DNA of 64,000 nucleotides, taken from NCBI GenBank assembly GCA_041739995.1, contig JBGSMV010000047.1:32001-96000 (forward strand). Reading direction: 5' to 3'. The number at the start of each line of letters is the position of its first letter. The first letter of the stretch is position 1. Source of the DNA: Bdellovibrionota bacterium (lineage in GTDB: Bacteria > Bdellovibrionota_C > UBA2361 > JBGSMV01). Below, in pieces: positions 9,992 through 18,175 of the stretch. Made by a program: the position numbers and the translations under genes. A model generated the notes under the pieces. The model was given only the letters and a program-made list of their open reading frames with translations. It had not been told where the DNA came from and made no database searches.

Positions 9992-10045
9992 GAGTCTGTG
10001 ACACAGGCACATGGTGAGTGAAGGCGAACCTTATCACAGACCCCT
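9988..10045. repeat. Short copy of the 133-331 repeat family
   Basis: 9988-10011 is the exact 24-nt reverse complement of 308-331; continues with a near copy of the internal motif (rc of 182-205) and ends TCACAGACCCCT. Confidence 0.85.
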
Positions 10046-10075
10046 CGCCTACAGCGCCACATGCTCACCTGTGGC

Positions 10076-10915
10076 TTAAACTCTAAGCTGCTCGCCCACC
10101 GCATAGTGCCCTCGGTCGTCAAGAATCACCGTGCATGCTTCGAGTGAAGCGTCGTGCTCGAAGACTACTATCGCTTTCTCGGAACGCGCTCGCTCTAGAA
10201 AGCCAGCCTTCTCCTTTAGAACAGTTTCAGCACATGCATCATAACCCATGTGAAACGGAATCGGTAAGTGATGCTGAGTAGGCACGAGGTCAGTCGGATA
10301 GAAAAGCTTCATTCCTCCGCCGTAGATCTCTACCCACTGCTGCCCTCTCGTATGTCCGTTTACCTGATGTACAACAATCCCGGGATGGACTTCCATCTTT
10401 CCTTCAACCTCAAAGAAGTTACTGCCGACGAACGGTTCAAAATTTTCTGGCAGGTAGCTGGCTTTTTCCTTTACTGAAGGAGCTCTCGCATTCCTTAGAT
10501 TATCGCGCTGAAGAATCACTCGCGCAGTTGGATATATGAGTTCGACAGCACTGCTGCCTTCTTGGTATTTTGAAATTCCGCCTGCATGATCAAAGTGCAG
10601 GTGGGTCAGAATAATGTCTGTAATCTCTTCGGCTCGCACGCCTACTTTATCGCTTGGAAGATTCTCAATGGCGAAGATTTCACGCTGCTTAGGAGTCCAC
10701 TTTTCTCCCATACCCACATCGATCAGAAACTTCTTCTTCGCAGAATCATCAGTCACGACCAAACAGCGAGTGGCAAGCCTAATGCAGTTCTCGGCATCTG
10801 CTTCAATGCGACGAGACCAAAGATTCTTTGGCACTGAGCCAAACATTGCCCCACCATCGAGTCGAAAAAATCCGAAGTTGTGCGCCGTAACTTTTAAATT
10901 TCCAAATTCCAACAT
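10076..10915 (-). CDS. MBL-fold metallo-hydrolase (YtnP-like)
   Basis: LDGGAMFGSVPK, THLHFDHAGG, GHTRG, MGYD, FEHD. Confidence 0.92.
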   Translation of the reverse strand: MLEFGNLKVTAHNFGFFRLDGGAMFGSVPKNLWSRRIEADAENCIRLATRCLVVTDDSAKKKFLIDVGMGEKWTPKQREIFAIENLPSDKVGVRAEEITDIILTHLHFDHAGGISKYQEGSSAVELIYPTARVILQRDNLRNARAPSVKEKASYLPENFEPFVGSNFFEVEGKMEVHPGIVVHQVNGHTRGQQWVEIYGGGMKLFYPTDLVPTQHHLPIPFHMGYDACAETVLKEKAGFLERARSEKAIVVFEHDASLEACTVILDDRGHYAVGEQLRV

Positions 10916-11201
10916 AGCTAAAGCTTGTACTCTTCTGACCTAGATCTCGGCAAATGAGATTTCTGAACCGCCAATTGCCCGACGTGGGCACCACGTCTAC
11001 TCTATTAATATTGCTCAATATATTTGTAGCGCCGCTCGATTTGGGAGTGCCAGAGGTCCTTATCATTGGGTGAAGTGCTTTCGCACCCAATCTTCCTTCG
11101 AATCTGACCCCGATTAGGGGGGAGCTCCCCCATAATTTGATTAGCCGCTTGAATCTGACAGAATTCTGTCGGTCTCCTATCTCAGGTCTTGTTATTTAAC
11201 C

Positions 11202-11750
11202 ATGGATTCCATGATGTCTCAGCTTTCGCGAAAGGTCGCCATGTTGTCGTTATGCGCGGCCACTCTTCCGAATCTTGTCGGGTGTGACAGAAGTCCTGGG
11301 ACTCCAACCTCTGCAGTAGACGCGTATCCGCAGAGTGTCCCTGTAAAACAGGGATCGCCCAACCAGCTCGACACCGATCTGGCTGCATTTCTCCACAACC
11401 CCACACACTTCATAGGTAAGCGAGTACAATTTCCGATCAACTCGGGGCAGTTAACGTTCGTTGAGCAAAGGCAGTTAGACCCGACCGATGATGGGGCCTC
11501 GCTCTATGTCTACAACCTTGGACTTGGGACTCAGGGAGTTTCCGTCCGCGTCTTTTCAGCTCGGGACCTTGATGGTGCTGCCGCGATCTCAGGTACCTGG
11601 TCAGCATTTGGAAGTACAAATTTCTTGTCGGCCGAAACAATTTTGATGCAGCGGATCGAAAACGGCGACACAAGCTGGCTTTGGAAGAGTCTTTCAGCAC
11701 TCCCGTCCCCCACTGGAGAGCCTCAGTCCTCACAGCCAGCGAGGCCATAG
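11202..11750 (+). CDS. Hypothetical lipoprotein
   Basis: Lipobox-like LVGC after a hydrophobic stretch; fills the gap between neighbours. Confidence 0.6.
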   Translation: MDSMMSQLSRKVAMLSLCAATLPNLVGCDRSPGTPTSAVDAYPQSVPVKQGSPNQLDTDLAAFLHNPTHFIGKRVQFPINSGQLTFVEQRQLDPTDDGASLYVYNLGLGTQGVSVRVFSARDLDGAAAISGTWSAFGSTNFLSAETILMQRIENGDTSWLWKSLSALPSPTGEPQSSQPARP

Positions 11751-11828
11751 AGTCGCAGACTCTAGACACGCCAGTCCATACTACTCTCGATTCTCCCGTT
11801 GTGGGGCGTCCCGACTAGCCGCATTTAG

Positions 11829-12959
11829 CTAAGCTCTTCGCTCAAGCCACGCCAACAACTCGACATGCGGAGTGTGAGGAAATTGGTCCACCAGAAGCTG
11901 GGAGCGAACCTCGTAAAGGGCCTGAAGCTGCGGCAACTCTTTCAAATAGCTTAGATAGTTGCATGAAACGTAGAAGATCCTTTGCGGCTGCTTCTCGAGA
12001 ATAGTCTTTAAAACGCGGGGGTGCAGGCCTCCACGTGGCGGATCCACCACAACAGTATCTGCCTCGAAGGTTCCCCAATCGAAGTTCTCACTTGCCGCGA
12101 CTGCAAACTCAATCTCGCGTTGATTCGCCACCGCATTAAAGCGCGCATCTTCCACGGCCGCTTCAAACAACTCTACACCGAACACCCGCTCGCACTCCGA
12201 AGCAAGCCCCACGGCAAAGAAACCAGTGCCACAATACAAATCGAGAAGCCGCTTGGTGCCACTTGCACGCACCCATTGCCGCAGCTGCTCGAGTAATAGC
12301 CCCGCACTATGAGAGTTCGTTTGAAAAAAAGAATGTGGACTTATGCGATACTTTACCCCTGAAATCTCTTCGGCAAGAGTTCCACTGCCCTTGCATACCA
12401 GCTGCGTATTGCCAAATGAGACGTCAGCAACTGTCGGGTTAGTTGACCAAAGCAGCGTTGAAATATGTTCGGTGCTTGAAAGTGTCTCCAATGCGCTGCG
12501 TATCAAAGGAGTTTCTTCAGCAGTAGGAACACTGGTGAGAATGTCGACCAATACTTCCCCAATGGTCGAGGCGCGAATAAGCGCATAACGCAGCAGTCCG
12601 CTATGTCGCTTGCGATCGAAAAAACTAAGATTTGCCTCCTTAACCCAGGTGCGTACAGAAGAAAAAGCCGATTCGATTCGCTTATCGGAGATGAAGCAGG
12701 TGTGATTATCTATAACCCGCCACCATTTACCCTTCTGTCTAAGACCGACTCTTCCCTCAAAGTCGATCACGAAGTCCATTCGATTTCTGTAATGCTCGGT
12801 TTGAGGCGAAGGCAGAATTTCTTCGATTTGATGATCGAGCTCTGCCGTCTTGAATCCAGCGTTCACCTGCTGAATTTTAGTGCTCAGTTGCTCCGCATAA
12901 GGCATTTCTGACCAAGAGCACGAGCCACACACGTCCTTATTTGGGCAAAGTTCTTCCAT
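11829..12959 (-). CDS. rlmD: 23S rRNA m5U methyltransferase (RlmD/RumA family, no TRAM domain)
   Basis: CPxxxxCGSC, YRNRMDF, FFQTN, LDLYCGTG, VDPPRGG, YVSCN, DQFPHTPHVE; start set at MEELCP. Confidence 0.88.
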   Translation of the reverse strand: MEELCPNKDVCGSCSWSEMPYAEQLSTKIQQVNAGFKTAELDHQIEEILPSPQTEHYRNRMDFVIDFEGRVGLRQKGKWWRVIDNHTCFISDKRIESAFSSVRTWVKEANLSFFDRKRHSGLLRYALIRASTIGEVLVDILTSVPTAEETPLIRSALETLSSTEHISTLLWSTNPTVADVSFGNTQLVCKGSGTLAEEISGVKYRISPHSFFQTNSHSAGLLLEQLRQWVRASGTKRLLDLYCGTGFFAVGLASECERVFGVELFEAAVEDARFNAVANQREIEFAVAASENFDWGTFEADTVVVDPPRGGLHPRVLKTILEKQPQRIFYVSCNYLSYLKELPQLQALYEVRSQLLVDQFPHTPHVELLAWLERRA

Positions 12960-13142
12960 TCTATGTTTCCGTGGCAGAGGAAGCCTAAGAGAGCTGCCTA
13001 GAGGCGCTCGCGATGAGGCTGCGTTGTCAAAATCTCTCAATCCAAGGAGTATGCATGCTCAACTAATATGAAACAAATCGCCTCTTAGTTCGACTAAGGC
13101 AATGGTGCGATTCAATGCGCTAGAGTACTCAAGGTCGTCCCT

Positions 13143-13814
13143 ATGAAATTTGCGAAACTTAGCACGTTGATAGTCACCGCGGTCTTGGGAGTCGCTGTTA
13201 CTCTCTTGCTGCTTTATAGAGTCGGCCCTTCGAATCTCTCGGCTGACTCGATAAGTTCAATCGAAAGTAAGGGCAAAGATATGAAACAAGTTCTCGCGGT
13301 TGCAACCTTCGCCGGTGGATGCTTCTGGTGCATGCAGCCCCCCTTCGACTCTGCCCCAGGAGTGGTTGAGACTATAGTCGGATACACGGGCGGCGAGGAA
13401 CCCAATCCTAGCTATGAACTCATTAGCACCGGACGCACGAAGTATGCCGAAGCAGTACAGGTGAGATTCGACCCGTCACAGACTACCTACGAACAACTAC
13501 TCGAAGTGTTTTGGAAGAACATTGACCCCACACAAGGTGACGGACAGTTCGCAGATCGTGGCCCTCAATACCGGACCGCGATTTTTTTTCATAACGACGA
13601 GCAGAAGAAGTTAGCTGAAGCATCGAAGAAAGACCTTCAACTCGCTGCAAAGTTTGCAGGATCTATTGTCACTCAGATCGTTCCTGCGACTGAATTCTAC
13701 CGCGCCGAGGAGTATCACCAAGATTACTACAAGAAAAACGAAACTCACTATAACCTGTACAAGGTCGGCTCGGGGCGAGCGGGCTTCATTGAGAAGACCT
13801 GGGGGAAGCCCTAA
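13143..13814 (+). CDS. msrA: Peptide-methionine (S)-S-oxide reductase with N-terminal anchor
   Basis: FAGGCFWC, GQFADRGPQYR, AEEYHQDYY. Confidence 0.95.
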   Translation: MKFAKLSTLIVTAVLGVAVTLLLLYRVGPSNLSADSISSIESKGKDMKQVLAVATFAGGCFWCMQPPFDSAPGVVETIVGYTGGEEPNPSYELISTGRTKYAEAVQVRFDPSQTTYEQLLEVFWKNIDPTQGDGQFADRGPQYRTAIFFHNDEQKKLAEASKKDLQLAAKFAGSIVTQIVPATEFYRAEEYHQDYYKKNETHYNLYKVGSGRAGFIEKTWGKP

Positions 13815-14032
13815 GCCTGCTTAGAGGTTCCCAGCCGCCGATAGCTGCCCGAATCTCCAACATGGCCGCCTGCAAGGGTAGGAACGAAGCACTGTCCCGT
13901 TCAGATGGTGCCGTTTAGTCATGGCGTCCTTTTGAGTCGCACGAGGCAATTCTCCCTCTTTGTAATGACGCTCCAGAATTATTAGACTACAGGGGCCATA
14001 AATACTCTCACGGACCCTGACGTTACTAGCTC

Positions 14033-16159
14033 ATGACCAATTGCCCTACATATTCCCGCGCCATTCCCGCGCCGTCGATTCTACAGAAGCGAAGCCAGGG
14101 ACACCGCCTCCTGACTTTTACGAGGATTGCCCGTTGGAGTCTGACGGGAGCAATTTGTTTACTTCTTATTTCTTGCTCCTCCCCCGAAAAGGACGCCGAA
14201 GAATTGCTGAAGCAAATGCAGCAAGCTTACAAGGAAGGAGTCTCGATTCCCGAACTCGAGTCACGAGCTGCACGAGAAGAACAACTAAGTGCCTTTGAGA
14301 GAGTACTGTCGCTTTCCCAAAGGCTAGAGAAAAAATTTCCCAACACTTTAGTGGCCCAAGGCATCGAAGCGGGACAGATCGACTTGGGCGGCCTTTCTTT
14401 GAGACAACTTCGAGAAGTGACCCTCCCGCTACTCAGACGCGACCTACTCGCCGGGTCGGATCCTCTGACTGCAGTGCGCGTACTAGCTGAACGAGTTTCG
14501 GATCCGGCCGCGGCAAGCAAGGTACTGGTGGACCTTGCACGTAGCTATGATAACTCCGGGCGAGGTCGAGAAGCCGAATCTGCCCTGGCGGATGCCTTCG
14601 CGCTAACCTCTTCTATTCAAGATCGTACCACTCGAGTTGAACGACTCTCCGCAATCGCCTTCGGACATGCAAATTCAAGCCGACATACTCAAGCACTTGA
14701 AATTGCGTTTTCTGCGCTTGCTGAGGCCAAGCAAGTTGCAGATCTCGAGCGCCGATCTCTTACACTCTCCCAAATCTCTCTCTCCTATTACCTTCTTGGA
14801 GCTCAAGAGCGAGGCTATGAAGCTCTGCTTTCTGTTCCAGACAAGACTCGTCGTCGCCGCGCACTCGCTGAGGTCAGTAGCGAACTTCTCAAGAAGAATC
14901 TTGCCCATCAAGTAGTCGCTGCCTCGACAAGTCTCTTCAACGCCGAAGATCGTGCCGATTTTCTGCTTGAGCAAGCAGAACTCGCGAATACACTGGGAAT
15001 AGCTCCAGGGGTTATTCTTTTAGTCGATCAGGCTCTTCCGCTGTTCTCCCGATCTCGCTCAGCGCAGAAGCGCTGGGTAAGAACGATACAGGCTGCCAGC
15101 CTTTTGCGTCGCGCAGGCCAGACTGCGCGGGCACTTGAGTTACTCCAAGGCGTGGAGCCTCAGATTTCGAGTGATTCATCCTTAGGCGAGGAGGCTGCCA
15201 AGATAGCGCTCGAACTAGCCGAACTTAATCAATCAGCTGAGGCAATAGCACTTGGCCAGCGACTCACGAAGGAGGCTCGCAAAGAACCTCGCGCAAAGCA
15301 GGACGTCGTGTTTGCCATTATCGCCCAGGCATTTTGCGTGGCAGATGAGCCCCAACTATCGTTGCCACTTCTCAAAGATATTTCAGAGGATTCGGAACGA
15401 GTTCGTGCACTTTCAGAGGCCGCGAAAGCAGCGAAAGTGTCCGGAAGCAGCGGTTTCGCTCGAAGAATGCTTGAAGATGCGGCTCTGACGCTCGCCAAGA
15501 TTCCGGATTCGGAGAGTAAGGTCTCCTTGTCTCTTTTTCTGCGCGATGCCTACGTCGATGTTGGACAGCTTGAGGATGCGCGTAAGCTATCTTTCTCTCT
15601 CCAAGCCACAGACAAGCGGTGGCGCACCCATGTTCGCTCCTATCACGCGCAGTTACTTTCAAAAGGTTTTTCCGAAGAAAGCCTGCTGGTAGCACGCTCC
15701 GTCAACGACGCATCTATGCGTGGCCTTCTTTTATCGGAGACGGCCAAGCAGTTCTATCGCGACAACAATCGAAATGACGCATTTCGAATAGTCGAGGAAG
15801 CGGTTGCCGAATTCGATCAGGTGAAGGATTCGAACCGCCTAAGAGCATTGATCGCTTTAGTAGCAGATTCGGTGCTTCAAATTAATTGGCCAACCTATGC
15901 CAACAAGCTAATCGAGAAGTATAAGCTTGATGATACCCCTGTCTGGCTTTGCCGAGTCGCTTCCTCGTTTGCAGAAACTGGCCAGCGCGAAGAGGCTCTG
16001 GGCGTACTTCAAAAAGCACTGGCGAGCGCCCTCGCACTCAAACGACCAGAAGATCGTGCTCAGGTTCTGCTCCGCGTGGGCGAGACCCTCGCCACTCTCG
16101 AAACAGTACTCGATTACGATGCCCAAATGCTGCTCTCCCAAATTCTCGAACAAAACTAA
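14033..16159 (+). CDS. TPR-like alpha-solenoid lipoprotein
   Basis: Lipobox-like LLISC; repeated helical A/L-rich units (e.g. GQREEALGVLQKA). Confidence 0.75.
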   Translation: MTNCPTYSRAIPAPSILQKRSQGHRLLTFTRIARWSLTGAICLLLISCSSPEKDAEELLKQMQQAYKEGVSIPELESRAAREEQLSAFERVLSLSQRLEKKFPNTLVAQGIEAGQIDLGGLSLRQLREVTLPLLRRDLLAGSDPLTAVRVLAERVSDPAAASKVLVDLARSYDNSGRGREAESALADAFALTSSIQDRTTRVERLSAIAFGHANSSRHTQALEIAFSALAEAKQVADLERRSLTLSQISLSYYLLGAQERGYEALLSVPDKTRRRRALAEVSSELLKKNLAHQVVAASTSLFNAEDRADFLLEQAELANTLGIAPGVILLVDQALPLFSRSRSAQKRWVRTIQAASLLRRAGQTARALELLQGVEPQISSDSSLGEEAAKIALELAELNQSAEAIALGQRLTKEARKEPRAKQDVVFAIIAQAFCVADEPQLSLPLLKDISEDSERVRALSEAAKAAKVSGSSGFARRMLEDAALTLAKIPDSESKVSLSLFLRDAYVDVGQLEDARKLSFSLQATDKRWRTHVRSYHAQLLSKGFSEESLLVARSVNDASMRGLLLSETAKQFYRDNNRNDAFRIVEEAVAEFDQVKDSNRLRALIALVADSVLQINWPTYANKLIEKYKLDDTPVWLCRVASSFAETGQREEALGVLQKALASALALKRPEDRAQVLLRVGETLATLETVLDYDAQMLLSQILEQN

Positions 16160-16246
16160 GGATTTTCGCCTATTTTTCCCGTATTTCTGGGCTAAAGTGA
16201 GGTTTTACTAAGAATCCCGCCAGCTATACGATGTGGCCACATTTAG

Positions 16247-17434
16247 GTGGCCACATATATGTATACATTCCCGCATGTTCGTTCTGTCCTAGCTTTAGCG
16301 TCTCTGCTCTTCTGCTTGGGTGGATGTTCCAGTAGCTCTTCTCCGGGCGATGGTTCAGCGTCGCCGGCTCTTAATGAACAGCAAATTTCCGCCCAAACTG
16401 GTTCGGGCGGTTTTGTGCAATTTAGCTTTTCGCTTCCACCAGGCAGCGCATCTCTACAGATTGTGGCGGTAAGTCCTTCAAGTGTTCTAGTGCCTCGCTC
16501 CCTACAGAACTCCGCTTCGGTCGAACTACTACCACTCACCACTCAAACAACCGACCAAGCAAGAGAAAACAGCTTGAGCCCTTCAACTCTCAATGCGCCT
16601 TTTTTAGGCGATAGTATTTCGGAAGGAACGTTTACAGTTCAGTATCAACTGAGCTCGAATGCTTCTGGCGTTACTTGCAATTTTTCGATTCTCAGTAAGT
16701 CAGACACAGATTTGGGAAGTGGTACGGTTAGGCTAAATCTTGTGAACGTGGGCCCCGTAGCGAACTCCAACAGTCTTCGCAGCGATTTAGACGCTGTCTT
16801 GGATATAGCAAAAGTAATTTTTGATCGTGCCGGCATCTCCATTGATCCGGTTTGGTACGACTTCGACGGTCCCGAACTGCTTCCCGATCCAAGAAATGGC
16901 GACCCGCTATATCAGGCAATCAGTGCAGCTGTTCGCCCCCATTCGGTCAACATGGTGTTCGGTTCTCGAGTATTGGGCCTGAGATCTGACGATCGTTATG
17001 CCGTGGCTGGGGCGGCGCCAGGTCCAAGCACCACCTCTTCAAGGAGTGCGGTGGTAATGGATCTTATCGAGGTGACTGGAGGAGACGGAGAATTTCAAAC
17101 GGACGACAACGAGGACGACCGCCCCTCATCACATAATGATGAGTATAGGCTCGCTGCCGAAGAGCTAGTAAGAACCGTCTCCAACTATCTAGGGCTTGAA
17201 GATATCGTTTCGTTCTCGGGTAACCGCGTAGTCGATTCGGATGCGCTCTCCGACACCGATTCTTGCCTCACCGAGGAAGCCTGCGAGGAGAAAAAGGACA
17301 CCAGCAATAACGCGATGATGCCTAGACCGCTGCGACAACGCGACAGAGAGTCATCAGGTCGTGGCTTCCATCCACGTCAGTTTTTCACCGATCAACAAAG
17401 TGCCGTGCTAAACAACCACGTGCTGGTCGATTAA
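16247..17434 (+). CDS. Lipoprotein with degenerate M43/metzincin-like domain
   Basis: LGGC lipobox; ...NYLGL...DALSDT..C...NAMMP...FTDQQ pattern but no HExxH. Confidence 0.6.
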   Translation: MATYMYTFPHVRSVLALASLLFCLGGCSSSSSPGDGSASPALNEQQISAQTGSGGFVQFSFSLPPGSASLQIVAVSPSSVLVPRSLQNSASVELLPLTTQTTDQARENSLSPSTLNAPFLGDSISEGTFTVQYQLSSNASGVTCNFSILSKSDTDLGSGTVRLNLVNVGPVANSNSLRSDLDAVLDIAKVIFDRAGISIDPVWYDFDGPELLPDPRNGDPLYQAISAAVRPHSVNMVFGSRVLGLRSDDRYAVAGAAPGPSTTSSRSAVVMDLIEVTGGDGEFQTDDNEDDRPSSHNDEYRLAAEELVRTVSNYLGLEDIVSFSGNRVVDSDALSDTDSCLTEEACEEKKDTSNNAMMPRPLRQRDRESSGRGFHPRQFFTDQQSAVLNNHVLVD

Positions 17435-17445
17435 CTCACTGTCCT

Positions 17446-17464
17446 TATTGAATTATTTTCAATA
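17446..17464. promoter_or_regulatory. Palindromic candidate operator upstream of nuoB
   Basis: TATTGAA-TTATT-TTCAATA, perfect 7-bp arms, ~100 bp before the ATG. Confidence 0.4.
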
Positions 17465-17560
17465 TTGGTGCGTCCCCCCCTGGCGCAAGAAGCTTCTATT
17501 GGGGAATATGCCCTTCGCATTGTAGTGTTACACTTGCACTAGATAGAGGGGTTTTCTGAT

Positions 17561-18145
17561 ATGGGATCAACTGGGCAGGGGCTTAAGCAAGGACCAAGAA
17601 TCGACGACTCTGGTTTCGTCCTCACTACACTAGAAAGTGCCCTCGGCTGGGCGAGAAAGTATTCCCTGTTCTCTTACCCGTTCGTCACCGCTTGCTGCGG
17701 GATGGAATTCATGGCGGTTAGTTGCTCGCACTACGACACGGACAGGTTCGGCGCCGCTCTTCCGCGCTTCACACCGAGACAATCTGATTTGCTTTGGGTA
17801 GTGGGCACTATCAACCACAAGCTCGCCCCGGTTCTGCTTCGCGTCTACGAGCAGATGGCTGAGCCTAAGTGGGTTATTGCCTTCGGTGCTTGTGCTTCAT
17901 CGGGCGGCTTCTACGATAACTACACGACCGTGGCCGGCATCGATAAAATTATCCCGGTTGATATGTACATCCCTGGGTGTCCTCCAAGACCAGAAACTAT
18001 CATCGACTCCCTCTTGCATTTGCAACGCAACATTCAGCGCTCGCGTCAGCCGATAACTCACGACCATGGTGGCAAACAACAGCATCCTGAACTTGCGCCG
18101 CTACTCGGAGATGAAATTGATACAGGGCTCGGACGCCCATCCTAA
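17561..18145 (+). CDS. nuoB: NADH-quinone oxidoreductase subunit B (standalone)
   Basis: TACCGMEF, TPRQSD, GACASSGG, IPGCPPRP. Confidence 0.93.
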   Translation: MGSTGQGLKQGPRIDDSGFVLTTLESALGWARKYSLFSYPFVTACCGMEFMAVSCSHYDTDRFGAALPRFTPRQSDLLWVVGTINHKLAPVLLRVYEQMAEPKWVIAFGACASSGGFYDNYTTVAGIDKIIPVDMYIPGCPPRPETIIDSLLHLQRNIQRSRQPITHDHGGKQQHPELAPLLGDEIDTGLGRPS

Positions 18146-18175
18146 GACTGGCACCTGGCAGATTTGCAAACCAGG

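Noticed and set aside
11040..11131. SRP RNA (minus-strand GTCAG...GAAGGAAG)
   Set aside because: Lacks the conserved CAGG/AGCAG internal loop and GNRA arrangement
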